In this document: in pieces, positions 1-8,876 of the stretch
How the letters are laid out: each line of letters starts with the position of its first letter
How positions within the stretch are numbered: position 1 is the stretch's first letter
DNA from: an uncultured bacterium
Lineage (GTDB): Bacteria > Hydrothermota > UBA3073 > NMUJ01 > CBEVQO01
Reading direction: 5' to 3'
NCBI GenBank assembly: GCA_965552055.1
Contig: CBEVQO010000008.1
Location: forward strand, 32,915-96,914
DNA length: 64,000 nucleotides
Notes under the pieces: generated by a model
What the model saw: only the letters and a program-made list of their open reading frames with translations
The model's database searches: none
What the model was told of the DNA's origin: nothing
Position numbers and translations under genes: made by a program

Positions 1-1
1 A

Positions 2-127
2 TATGCAAAAAGATATTTAACGGTAAAAAGGATGCTTAGTTTAACAGATAAGTTATATAAGGAATTAATTAGCCCCTCCTCCGCTGTCCCCACCTTCCCG
101 ATTAAGTCAGCCCACTCCTACCGCTAA
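2..127 (+). CDS. 3' end of a gene running in from upstream, probably a GT4-family glycosyltransferase; its tail runs into the dispersed repeat
   Basis: Frame 2 reads YAKRYLTVKRMLSLTDKLYKELI...*, resembling the C-terminal helix of GT4 enzymes; stop at 125-127. Confidence 0.4.
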   Translation, partial: YAKRYLTVKRMLSLTDKLYKELISPSSAVPTFPIKSAHSYR

Positions 128-235
128 AATACGCAAACAGCAAATAAAGCCACAACCCCTGCCACAACCCAAACACCATAATGGGCTGACATATCAACCC
201 ATTATGTAATAGGCTCGCTTACGCTCGCATTAAAA
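69..235 (-). repeat. Dispersed GC-rich repeat, copy A (longest; inverted relative to B and C)
   Basis: Reverse complement begins TTTTAATGCGAGCGTAAGCGAGCC-TATTACATAATGGGTTG and ends GGTGGGGACAGCGGAGGAGGGGCTAA, matching 5186-5291 and 20050-20120. Confidence 0.8.
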
Positions 236-236
236 G

Positions 237-263
237 TTGACAAATAAAGAAATCCATTAAAAT
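237..263 (+). promoter_or_regulatory. sigma70-like promoter, leaderless start
   Basis: TTGACA(237-242)-15 bp-TAAAAT(258-263); ATG 6 nt downstream, no SD. Confidence 0.7.
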
Positions 264-269
264 AAAAAG

Positions 270-929
270 ATGAATGCTGAAGAAAAATTCTGGGAAGCAT
301 TAAAGAGATTATCGGAAGAAATAAACAAATTGCGAGAAGCACAAAAGAAAACAGATGAGCAATTAAGAAAAACAGACAAAGAAATAGATAAATTGCGAGA
401 ATCTCAAAAAAAGACGGATAAGCAATTAAAAGAGACAGATAAAGGTATGAAAGAATTACAAAAGCTCATCAAAGATTTATCTGACAATGTTGGTGGTCTC
501 AATCGCTCATTTGGCAAGATACCGGAAGCCCTAAGTGAACCACAGGTTGAAGAAAAATTTGAAGAAGCAGGGTTTGAAGTGCTTGGTGCCTATCCCAATA
601 TCTGGGGAAAATACAATGGCAAGAAAAAAGAAATCGACCTTTTGATAAAGGCAAGACGAAATGGCAAACCTTATATCATCGTAGTGGAAACTCAGGTGCA
701 ATTCAAATCGCGCAAAGAAATAGATGATTTTATCGAATTTTTAAAGGAAGATTTCAGGAAATATTTCGATGAATATGCAAAAATGAAGGTAATAGGTTGC
801 GTATGCGCACTTAAATTCAGCAGAGGAGTTGACGAACACGCCATAAATAGAGGTTTATACTGTATGAAACCAGTAAAAGGCATAATGGGGCTGATAAATC
901 CCAGAAACTTCAAACCCAAAGAATTCTAA
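270..929 (+). CDS. Coiled-coil heptad-repeat protein with C-terminal PD-(D/E)XK-like domain (DUF3782-like)
   Basis: KLRE(A/S)QKKTD repeats followed by EIDLL...IVVETQ. Confidence 0.7.
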   Translation: MNAEEKFWEALKRLSEEINKLREAQKKTDEQLRKTDKEIDKLRESQKKTDKQLKETDKGMKELQKLIKDLSDNVGGLNRSFGKIPEALSEPQVEEKFEEAGFEVLGAYPNIWGKYNGKKKEIDLLIKARRNGKPYIIVVETQVQFKSRKEIDDFIEFLKEDFRKYFDEYAKMKVIGCVCALKFSRGVDEHAINRGLYCMKPVKGIMGLINPRNFKPKEF

Positions 930-945
930 TTAATAAAATTTTTTC

Positions 946-972
946 TTGACGCACTCATATCATCATTATAAT
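946..972 (+). promoter_or_regulatory. sigma70-like promoter for the leader and the 1138 lipoprotein
   Basis: TTGACG(946-951)-15 bp-TATAAT(967-972). Confidence 0.65.
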
Positions 973-1003
973 TTCATGTGAACAATCAAATCTATACATT
1001 GAA

Positions 1004-1018
1004 CTCTCTCTCTCTCTC
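1004..1018 (+). repeat. (CT)7C microsatellite in the 5' leader
   Basis: ctctctctctctctc seen directly. Confidence 0.95.
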
Positions 1019-1137
1019 GTAGAGGTATATTTTCACAAAATCACCCTGTAAGCATTTTAAAAGTAAGACCGCCTCCTAATTGGCATCTTTATTATGCTTT
1101 GGTAAGTGCTCTTTGAGTAGTTTAAAAGGAGGGGGAG

Positions 1138-3717
1138 ATGAGAAAGTATGCAATTTTAATTTTAACCGGATTAATTTTAATTGTAGGATGTAAGAAAAAA
1201 GTTAAACACATAGGTGTGGAATATGACGAAGAAACTGGCGAAATATATGTACCTGATGCTACTATCATAGTAAACGGAAACACTTATAACGAAAGAGCAA
1301 CAATGTCAGACACTGGGCTAGCATTGATAATCACCGCAGACTCAAATTATTATTTCTATTCGCCAAAATTGGGAGATATAGATTCTCTTAATTTATTGAA
1401 CTCTCGTAAAGCAATAGTTAAGTATCTTGAAGGAATTCTTGGGCACGCTAAATCAGAGGAAAGAGTAGGAATAGAAATTACACAGGTGAATGATAATGAA
1501 TATGAATTTAAAAACAAATTGTTTAGATGGGCAGGGATAAAGCAAACAAGTATAAATAAAATAGTTTTAATTCGTCCGAAGAAGCTGTTTGATATTGATT
1601 TAATAAATACTCTAACGGGGAATTGGAGTGATGCAGTCATCGTGTGGCATTCTTATAGCGACACTCTGCAGGCTAATTCGACTGACACCTTCCACCTTGT
1701 CGGTGAATTCTCAATGGGTATCTTTGGCGGAGGTTTCATAGAAGCAGTATTAGAAGAAATCCAGCAAACTCTTTATAAAGACCAATTGCAAAAAGCGTAT
1801 AAAAATTGCAAAGATTTAGTTGTCAAAGTTCAGACAATGGGTGCCCTGAACAGCATTTTTGTAATAGTAAGAGCAGTAGCAGGAGCGTTGGGCACACAGC
1901 AAGTATTAGCACCAGCTGTAGAATCAGGGATAAATATCATAACATCAATTGTAGAAACAGGAGTAGAAAAAGCAATAACTCAGCAAAATGATGAAGAAAT
2001 GGTTCATACATTGAGTAACGATGTCCTAAAAGCAGTAGTCAATTATTTAATAGACGCAGTCAGTAAAAAAGAACAAAAATTTGTCTTGACAGCAGTAGTA
2101 ATATTAATATTAAAAGCAATAGCATTAGCGCTACCGGTTATAGAAGAAACTATCGGAAGTATACAAGCGACTTTTGCAGGAATATATGACACATTTAATG
2201 TCAGTATTGCTTTAAATAACCCACCAGATGCACCTGTAGTTTCGGGTCCTGATAGTGCACAGGTAAATGAGAGCGTAACTTTCACAGCAAGTGCAACAGA
2301 CCCTGATGAAGACAATGTAGCAATAAGATTTTCATGGGGTGATGGAGACACTTCTTCCTGGAGCTCTTATGTATCATCAGGACAATCAATATCAATGAGC
2401 CATACTTACACATCCACAGGCACTTACTATGTAAAAGCACAGGCAAAGGACATTAATGGTGCAATATCCGACTGGTCATCAACACATAAAATTGTAATAT
2501 ATTCAGGGCAAACAGAACAAATAACATGGACAAAAACTTATGGCGGAAGCGATGATGATTGGGGCTGTTCAGTTCAGCAGACACAGGATGGTGGATACAT
2601 AATTGCAGGTGGAACTTGGTCTTTCGGTGCAGGTGGGTATGATGTTTATCTCATAAAGACAGATGCTAATGGTAATGTTGAATGGACAAAAACTTATGGA
2701 GGAAGCTCTTATGATTGTGGCTTTTCAGTTCAGCAGACAAAGGATGGTGGCTTCATAATTGCAGGATACACCTGTTCTTTCGGTGCAGGTTATGCTGATG
2801 TTTATCTCATAAAGACAGATGCTTATGGTAATGTTGAATGGACTAAAACTTATGGCGGAAGCGATTATGATTTTGGCTATTCAGTTCAGCAGACACAGGA
2901 TGGTGGATACATAATTGCAGGCAAAACTTGCTCTTTCGGTGCAGGTGGATATGATGTTTATCTCATAAAGACAGATGCCAACGGTAATGTTGAATGGACA
3001 AAAACTTACGGAGGAGGCAGTGATGATTGTGGCTTTTCAGCTCAGCAAGCACAGGATGGTGGCTTCATAATTGCAGGTGGAACTTGGTCTTTCGGTGCAG
3101 GTGGGTATGATGTTTATCTCATAAAGACAGATGCTAATGGTAATGTTGAATGGACAAAAACTTATGGAGGAAGCTCTTATGATTGTGGCTTTTCAGTTCA
3201 GCAGACAAAGGATGGTGGCTTCATAATTGCAGGATACACCTGTTCTTTCGGTGCAGGTTATGCTGATGTTTATCTCATAAAGACAGATGCTTATGGTAAT
3301 GTTGAATGGACTAAAACTTATGGCGGAAGCTCTTATGATTATGGCAAGTCAGTTCAGCAGACACAGGATGGTGGTTTCATAATTGCAGGATACACCTGTT
3401 CTTTCGGTGCAGGTGGTGCTGATGTTTATCTCATAAAGACAGATGCAAACGGAAATGTTGAATGGACAAAAACTTATGGCGGAAGCGATGAGGATTATGG
3501 GTTTTCGGTTCAGCAGACACAGGATGACGGTTACATAATTGCAGGACGCACTTACTCTTTCGGTGCAGGTGGAGAGGATGTTTATCTCATAAAGACAGAT
3601 GCTAATGGTAATGTATCTTCAAAGATTTCTCTAAAAGTAGGGCATCAAAATGGTGTAAAACCCATTCGATGGAATCATCCACCTATGAAATTTAGGAAAT
3701 TAAGGAGTATGCACTGA
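1138..3717 (+). CDS. Surface lipoprotein: N-terminal unknown domain, PKD-like domain, 7 x 52-aa beta-propeller repeats
   Basis: Lipobox LIVGC; WGDG PKD motif; repeat WTKTYGGSxxDxGxSVQQTxDGGxIIAGxTxSFGAGxxDVYLIKTDAxGNVE; SD AGGAGGGGG. Confidence 0.85.
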   Translation: MRKYAILILTGLILIVGCKKKVKHIGVEYDEETGEIYVPDATIIVNGNTYNERATMSDTGLALIITADSNYYFYSPKLGDIDSLNLLNSRKAIVKYLEGILGHAKSEERVGIEITQVNDNEYEFKNKLFRWAGIKQTSINKIVLIRPKKLFDIDLINTLTGNWSDAVIVWHSYSDTLQANSTDTFHLVGEFSMGIFGGGFIEAVLEEIQQTLYKDQLQKAYKNCKDLVVKVQTMGALNSIFVIVRAVAGALGTQQVLAPAVESGINIITSIVETGVEKAITQQNDEEMVHTLSNDVLKAVVNYLIDAVSKKEQKFVLTAVVILILKAIALALPVIEETIGSIQATFAGIYDTFNVSIALNNPPDAPVVSGPDSAQVNESVTFTASATDPDEDNVAIRFSWGDGDTSSWSSYVSSGQSISMSHTYTSTGTYYVKAQAKDINGAISDWSSTHKIVIYSGQTEQITWTKTYGGSDDDWGCSVQQTQDGGYIIAGGTWSFGAGGYDVYLIKTDANGNVEWTKTYGGSSYDCGFSVQQTKDGGFIIAGYTCSFGAGYADVYLIKTDAYGNVEWTKTYGGSDYDFGYSVQQTQDGGYIIAGKTCSFGAGGYDVYLIKTDANGNVEWTKTYGGGSDDCGFSAQQAQDGGFIIAGGTWSFGAGGYDVYLIKTDANGNVEWTKTYGGSSYDCGFSVQQTKDGGFIIAGYTCSFGAGYADVYLIKTDAYGNVEWTKTYGGSSYDYGKSVQQTQDGGFIIAGYTCSFGAGGADVYLIKTDANGNVEWTKTYGGSDEDYGFSVQQTQDDGYIIAGRTYSFGAGGEDVYLIKTDANGNVSSKISLKVGHQNGVKPIRWNHPPMKFRKLRSMH
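2527..3614 (+). repeat. Seven tandem 156-bp coding repeats
   Basis: Units start at 2527, 2683, 2839, 2995, 3151, 3307, 3463. Confidence 0.95.
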
Positions 3718-3866
3718 AAATTAAAATCCATAGCAGAGGATATGACAAGCCGAGGTCTATGCAGCATGTGATGATTGTCATGTCGACAAATTTGAGTGGA
3801 CAGGCAAAAGAATGTACCAGAAGACTTCTAAGTGAGAAAATAGAAAAATTATAAAAGGAGGACAAA

Positions 3867-4457
3867 ATGAAAAATTCTTTCCCAAATTCCCACTGGATAA
3901 TATTTTTCATGGCGTTTATCTCGTTCTTAATATTATTATTTTCCAAAAAGCCTGCGAAAGAAGAGATAAGACACTACTTTTTAAATTTCCTTATGGCTAT
4001 CTCAGCAGCAACATTAACTGGAAGTATTGTAATTTACTTTGCAGGAGATGAAATAAAAGACAGAATTGACGCTGTTATAAATTCATTTGAGATACAAATT
4101 AAAAAAGTGAACTATTCTTTACAATCTTTAAATAATTTACTAAATACAAATATAGCAAAAGTGAAATGTGTGCAACGCCAGTTAACAAAATTAAATAAAA
4201 AGTTCGCATTGCACAGTGAAAGCGTGCTTACAACTGTGAAAAGGTTGCACACCAGTGTAGATAAATTAATTTTGACCTGTGAGCGAAACGACTCTTTGCG
4301 AAAAGAATTACATACGCTAATAGATTCACTTAAAAATTGGAATTATAGTCTCAACACCAAATTGGACACTTTTCAACATATTTTTAAGCTCATTTATAAA
4401 AAGGAAAAAGAAAAAAAAGCAAGAAGGAGAAGAAAAAATGAGAGCAAAAAGAAGTAA
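3867..4457 (+). CDS. Hypothetical membrane protein (2 TM helices plus coiled coil)
   Basis: SD AAGGAGG; two hydrophobic segments, then heptads. Confidence 0.6.
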   Translation: MKNSFPNSHWIIFFMAFISFLILLFSKKPAKEEIRHYFLNFLMAISAATLTGSIVIYFAGDEIKDRIDAVINSFEIQIKKVNYSLQSLNNLLNTNIAKVKCVQRQLTKLNKKFALHSESVLTTVKRLHTSVDKLILTCERNDSLRKELHTLIDSLKNWNYSLNTKLDTFQHIFKLIYKKEKEKKARRRRKNESKKK

Positions 4458-4524
4458 TTATCTCTTGGAAGTTTACGGCGAATAAGAATTAATTGACATA
4501 AATCGAAAATCAGATATAATATAG

Positions 4525-5202
4525 GTGGTTTGTGCGATTCATCAGCCACAGTATCTGCCCTATCTCGGCTATTTCCATAAGATGATGAATTGCGATGTTT
4601 TCGTCCTGCTCGATGATGTGCAATTTAAGAAGAATGAATGGCAGAATCGCAACAGAATAAAAACTGCAACTGGATGGCAATGGATAACCGTACCTGTTAT
4701 ACATAATTTCGGACAAAAAATAATCGATGTTAAAATCAACAATAGAGTAAACTGGAGAAGAAAACACATGAATGCACTGATAGCAAACTATTCAAAAGCA
4801 CCATATTTCAAAAAATACAGGGACTTTTTCGAAGAAACCTATCAGAAAGAATGGGAGTATTTATGCGATATAAACATACATTTCATTTTGTTTATCGCAA
4901 AAGAGTTAGAAATAGAAGTCCCGATAATAAGGTCTTCGACACTAGGTGTAACTTCAACCAGAACCCAGCGCCTAATAGATATATGCAAAAAAGTAGGTGC
5001 AGATACTTATTTATCGGGAATAGGTGGCTACTACTATCTTGATTTTTCACTTTTTGAACAGAAAGGCATAAAATTAATCTTTCAGGATTTCAAACATCCA
5101 GTTTATCCCCAGTTATACGGCGAATTTATACCAAATTTATCTGTTGTGGATGCACTTTTCAACTGCGGTAAAGATTTAAGAAAATTTTTAATGCGAGCGT
5201 GA
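4525..5202 (+). CDS. WbqC-family protein
   Basis: AIHQPQYLPYLGYFHK...DDVQF...WQNRNRIK...YLSG...LSVVDALFN; TTGACA-16-TATAAT just upstream. Confidence 0.9.
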   Translation: MVCAIHQPQYLPYLGYFHKMMNCDVFVLLDDVQFKKNEWQNRNRIKTATGWQWITVPVIHNFGQKIIDVKINNRVNWRRKHMNALIANYSKAPYFKKYRDFFEETYQKEWEYLCDINIHFILFIAKELEIEVPIIRSSTLGVTSTRTQRLIDICKKVGADTYLSGIGGYYYLDFSLFEQKGIKLIFQDFKHPVYPQLYGEFIPNLSVVDALFNCGKDLRKFLMRA

Positions 5203-5291
5203 GCGAGCCAATTACATATGGGTTGTAGGTCAACACCCCGACTGAAAGAGGGGTGTGCAAGAGGGCGGTGGGGACTGGGAGGAGGGGCTAA
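5186..5291 (+). repeat. Dispersed repeat, copy B (supplies the wbqC stop codon)
   Basis: TTTTAATGCGAGCGTGAGCGAGCCAATTACATATGGGTTGTAGG...GGTGGGGACTGGGAGGAGGGGCTAA; internal hairpin ACACCCC...GGGGTGT. Confidence 0.8.
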
Positions 5292-5336
5292 AAATTATGA
5301 AAACTTGACACTAAAATATTTTGATTAAATTAAAAG

Positions 5337-5717
5337 ATGGAAAGGTCAAAGGACTGGCTTCGTCAGGCAGAAAAAGATTTAGAACATGCTTTACATTCAA
5401 TTGAAGCAAAAGATTATGAATGGGCTTGTTTTTCGGCTCAGCAATCAGCAGAAAAAGCAATAAAAGCAGTATATCAGAAAAATCACATCGAAGCTTTTGG
5501 ACATTCAATTACAAAACTTCTTGAGAATTTAAAAGAAAAGCCTTCTGATGAAATAATAGAATGTGCTAAAATTCTGGATAAATTTTATATTCCAACAAGG
5601 TATCCAAATAGTTTTGATACAGGTGCACCCTGTGATTATTTTACTGAAAAAGAAGCAAAGGAAGCAATAAAGTGTGCAGAGAAAATAATTCGTTTTTGCA
5701 AAGAATTACTCAAATGA
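5337..5717 (+). CDS. HEPN-domain protein
   Basis: WLRQAEKDL...YEWACFSAQQSAEKAIKA...GHSI...LDKFYIPTRYP. Confidence 0.9.
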   Translation: MERSKDWLRQAEKDLEHALHSIEAKDYEWACFSAQQSAEKAIKAVYQKNHIEAFGHSITKLLENLKEKPSDEIIECAKILDKFYIPTRYPNSFDTGAPCDYFTEKEAKEAIKCAEKIIRFCKELLK

Positions 5718-6061
5718 TGAAAATTTATAAGTTTGATGAAGAAAAAGTTGAGAAAGCGATAGAAGAATTTATTAGGAAACTGTCAAAAGATGCGAATGTT
5801 TTAAAAATTGTAATTTTTGGCTCTTTTGTGAGAGGCGATTATGCTCCTGGAAGCGATGTTGACTTTTTGATAATTTTAAGAAATTCCGATAAAAAATTTA
5901 TCGACAGGATACCAGATTTTATTCCCCAAAATTTCCCTGTTGATGTAGATGTTTTCCCTTACACATTGGAAGAGATTGAAAAAATGAAAAAATCGGGCAA
6001 CACCTTTATAAAAAGAATTTTCAAAGAAGGCAAAGTTTTATTTGAAAGAGAAATCACCTGA
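5714..6061 (+). CDS. MNT (minimal nucleotidyltransferase) antitoxin-like protein
   Basis: IFGSFVRGD...SDVDFLI; ATGA overlap with the HEPN stop. Confidence 0.9.
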   Translation: MMKIYKFDEEKVEKAIEEFIRKLSKDANVLKIVIFGSFVRGDYAPGSDVDFLIILRNSDKKFIDRIPDFIPQNFPVDVDVFPYTLEEIEKMKKSGNTFIKRIFKEGKVLFEREIT

Positions 6062-6104
6062 AGGGTTTATGCTTGACATTTCCTTATTTATCATAAAATA
6101 TAAG

Positions 6105-6590
6105 ATGGCGAAAGTTGTTATAATAATGGGTTCAAAGTCGGATTTATCTCATTGTGAGAAGATAGCAAAAGTGCTGAAAGAATTTGATGTTGATTATGTG
6201 ATGAGGATAGCTTCTGCTCATAAAACACCGGAAAAAGTGCTTGAAATTATAAGAGAATATGGGGAAGAAGATGTAGTTTTCATAACAGTTGCAGGCAGGA
6301 GCAATGCTTTAAGTGGCTTTGTTGATGCAAATACTTTACATCCTGTTATCGCCTGTCCGCCATATAGCGATAAATTCGCAGGTGCAGACATCTTCTCGTC
6401 ACTGAGGATGCCATCGGGAGTGGCACCTTTAACAATACTTGAGCCAGAATCTGCCGCCATCGCAGCAATAAAAATACTGGCAATAAAAGATAAAAAATTG
6501 AAAGAAAAGTTAAAAGAATATCAACAAAAAAAGAAAAAAGAAATAGAAGATGCAGACAGAGATATTAGAGAAAAAATTAAGAACATTTGA
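6105..6590 (+). CDS. purE: N5-CAIR mutase / AIR carboxylase
   Basis: IIMGSKSD, SAHKTP, VAGRSNAL, MPSGVA motifs; start reset to ATG 6105 after TTGACA-15-TAAAAT. Confidence 0.95.
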   Translation: MAKVVIIMGSKSDLSHCEKIAKVLKEFDVDYVMRIASAHKTPEKVLEIIREYGEEDVVFITVAGRSNALSGFVDANTLHPVIACPPYSDKFAGADIFSSLRMPSGVAPLTILEPESAAIAAIKILAIKDKKLKEKLKEYQQKKKKEIEDADRDIREKIKNI

Positions 6591-7275
6591 AGAATTCAAG
6601 GAAAAAATTTTAAATTCAAAATACAAAAATCTAATAGCGAAGATGATTTTATTCGGAAGTGTAGTAGAAGGCGCACCTTCAGAAGATAGCGATATAGATG
6701 TGCTTATCTTTACAATTAAAAAAGATAAAAATTTTGAAAATTTTTGCTTCGAGATAGCAATAGATATTGGAATAAAACACAACGAAGGAATAGAACCCAT
6801 AATATTGCCTTTTTATAAATATCTTTCTAACGGATTTTTCATTGAATATATTAAAAAACATGGAAAGGAGGTATTTTCTATGGATGAGAAAAAATTGAGT
6901 GAAAATTTCATAAAATCTGCATTTGAAATAATAGACAGATACGAAGAAAATGCCAAAAAATTATTTGAAGAAGGAGAACACAGAATAGCAGTTGACCTTG
7001 CATATCACGCAATAGAAACAATGGCAAAAGTGTTGATTATTAAAAAAGAAGGAAAGATTCCTAAAAAACACTCTGGTGTCATAAATAGGTTTAGCAAACT
7101 TTTTGTAAAATCTGGGGAATTTCCAAAAGAATATGGAAGGAAATTAAATCGTGCTCTATCTTTGCGTAATATAGCGAGATATGGCTGGGGAGAAGATGTA
7201 AAGCGCTCAGATGCAGAAGAAGTAATCGAATTCCTTAAAGAATTCAGAGAGAAATTCAATGAGTATATCAAATAA
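6550..7275 (+). CDS. MNT-HEPN fusion protein
   Basis: LFGS...SDIDVL then AVDLAYHAIE...PKKHSG...LRNIARY. Confidence 0.85.
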   Translation: MQTEILEKKLRTFEEFKEKILNSKYKNLIAKMILFGSVVEGAPSEDSDIDVLIFTIKKDKNFENFCFEIAIDIGIKHNEGIEPIILPFYKYLSNGFFIEYIKKHGKEVFSMDEKKLSENFIKSAFEIIDRYEENAKKLFEEGEHRIAVDLAYHAIETMAKVLIIKKEGKIPKKHSGVINRFSKLFVKSGEFPKEYGRKLNRALSLRNIARYGWGEDVKRSDAEEVIEFLKEFREKFNEYIK

Positions 7276-8383
7276 AATTTACATATATGAGGATTACAAA
7301 TATAAAAATTTTTTGCCTTTGACCTATTTTCGTCCTGTTTTTGATTTATTATGCGGAATTTATACTTTTCGTGAAAGATTGCAGAAAATCTACAATTCGG
7401 AAATATTTCCCATTAGCAGGTTTCACAAAGTTAATTCGGAAATTTCCGGAACCTTTATATCGGGAAGGATAATCATTTATGAAAAATTACCGGATGTTAA
7501 AAACGCTGTTTATACAATGGGTGATGAAGTTGTGGGCTTTACATTACAAAAGCCGATAAAATTAGATATACCTTTAACTGCGGATTTTCTGGAAAAATTA
7601 AAACAGGAACTTGATAGGATAGAAATCAAAGGAATAAAATTTGATTACATCTGGGAGTTGATGGATAAGAATGGCGAAATTATAATTTCTGATTTTGAGA
7701 GGATAGGGTTTGATAAAGCAAAGAAATATAATATTCAGGGTGTTTATATTTTTGAGGAAGAAGGTCCTGTTATCATTGAAGAAGGTGCTATTTTGAAGCC
7801 ACCCACGATAATAGAGGGACCATGTTTTATACGCAAAAAAACAGTTATTGACGGTGCAAAGATAAGGTCAGGTTGTTCTTTTGGTGAAAATTGCAGGATA
7901 GGGGGCGAGGTCGAGGCATCAATTTTTATAGGTTATTCGAACAAACATCATGAAGGTTTTGTTGGACATTCTTATATTGGTGAATGGGTGAATCTTGGGG
8001 CACTTACAACAACATCCGACCTTAAAAACACTTATGGGAAGGTAAAAGTAATTTTGCCCGAAAGAGGAGAGATTAACACAGGGCTTATGAAAGTAGGTTC
8101 GTTTATAGGAGACCATACGAAAACAGGCATAGGCACACTTTTAACAACGGGATGCACAATAGGTGTATGTGCAAATATTTTCGGTGGAGGAGTTTTCCCG
8201 AAGTTTATCCCATCTTTCAGCTGGTATGATGGCAAAGAGTGGCGCACATTTTCTGTGGAAAAAGCAATAGAGATAGCAAAAAGAGTAATGCCGAGAAGAG
8301 GAATAACACCCGATGAGAATTATCTAAATTTAATAAGAAAAATTTATGAAGAGACAAAAGAGGAGCGCTTTTGGGAGAAATAA
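7259..8383 (+). CDS. Putative sugar nucleotidyltransferase with left-handed beta-helix (GlmU-related)
   Basis: NFLPLTYFRPVFDLLCG; NKHHEGFVGHSYIGEWVNLGA; hexapeptide repeats. Confidence 0.85.
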   Translation: MSISNKIYIYEDYKYKNFLPLTYFRPVFDLLCGIYTFRERLQKIYNSEIFPISRFHKVNSEISGTFISGRIIIYEKLPDVKNAVYTMGDEVVGFTLQKPIKLDIPLTADFLEKLKQELDRIEIKGIKFDYIWELMDKNGEIIISDFERIGFDKAKKYNIQGVYIFEEEGPVIIEEGAILKPPTIIEGPCFIRKKTVIDGAKIRSGCSFGENCRIGGEVEASIFIGYSNKHHEGFVGHSYIGEWVNLGALTTTSDLKNTYGKVKVILPERGEINTGLMKVGSFIGDHTKTGIGTLLTTGCTIGVCANIFGGGVFPKFIPSFSWYDGKEWRTFSVEKAIEIAKRVMPRRGITPDENYLNLIRKIYEETKEERFWEK

Positions 8384-8446
8384 GAATTTTCAAAATAAAA
8401 TTTAAAAATTTAGAAGAGTTTATGAACAAGGCGAGGCATATATTAG

Positions 8447-8776
8447 AAGGAGAGAAGGAGAGAAGCTATTATTTGGCTGGCAGATGAACCTGAGCGTAAT
8501 TTAGCCCGTAAGTTAAAGAGATATATTGATGAGAATTTTAAAAGTATAAAGAGTGTAAGGCAACTTGCGAGGGTATTTTCCTGTCATTATAACACAATAA
8601 GCAGGGTTTTTAAGCGAGAGTATAAAATAACACCTGCGAAATATTTGAGGAAGTTAAAGAAAGAGTATGCGGAGTTGAAGTTAAAGCAAGGAGCAAAACT
8701 TAAAAGCATCGCATACGAACTCGGCTACCACCCACAAAATCTCATTTATCTGATGAAAAATAAGAACAAAAAGTGA
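8447..8776 (+). CDS. Stand-alone AraC-type HTH protein missing from the ORF track (non-ATG start or frameshift)
   Basis: Frame 2: ...LARKLKRYIDENFKSIKSVRQLARVFSCHYNTISRVFKREYKITPAKYLRKLKKEYAELKLKQGAKLKSIAYELGY...*. Confidence 0.75.
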   Translation, partial: KERRREAIIWLADEPERNLARKLKRYIDENFKSIKSVRQLARVFSCHYNTISRVFKREYKITPAKYLRKLKKEYAELKLKQGAKLKSIAYELGYHPQNLIYLMKNKNKK

Positions 8777-8876
8777 AAATTAAGAATAGAAAAGTGTTGT
8801 AAAAAATACAAAATGAATAAAAAAATAAGATGTGCAATTGGAAAAATAAGGAAGGGAAGAATAAAAGGAGGGGGAA

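Noticed and set aside
69..235. Integron attC sites
   Set aside because: No complete RYYYAAC...GTTRRRY palindrome, no cassette array and no integrase
1080..1098. sigma54 promoter TTGGCATCTTTATTATGC
   Set aside because: GG-to-GC spacing is 12, not the required 10
2527..3614. CRISPR array or DGR template/variable repeat
   Set aside because: Units are contiguous in-frame 156-bp coding repeats with no spacers, there is no non-coding template copy, and no cas or reverse transcriptase gene is in the window
3718..3866. Riboswitch, or a relic of an FG-GAP-like repeat (EVYAACDDCHVDKFEWTG)
   Set aside because: No recognisable riboswitch core; the peptide resemblance is too short to support
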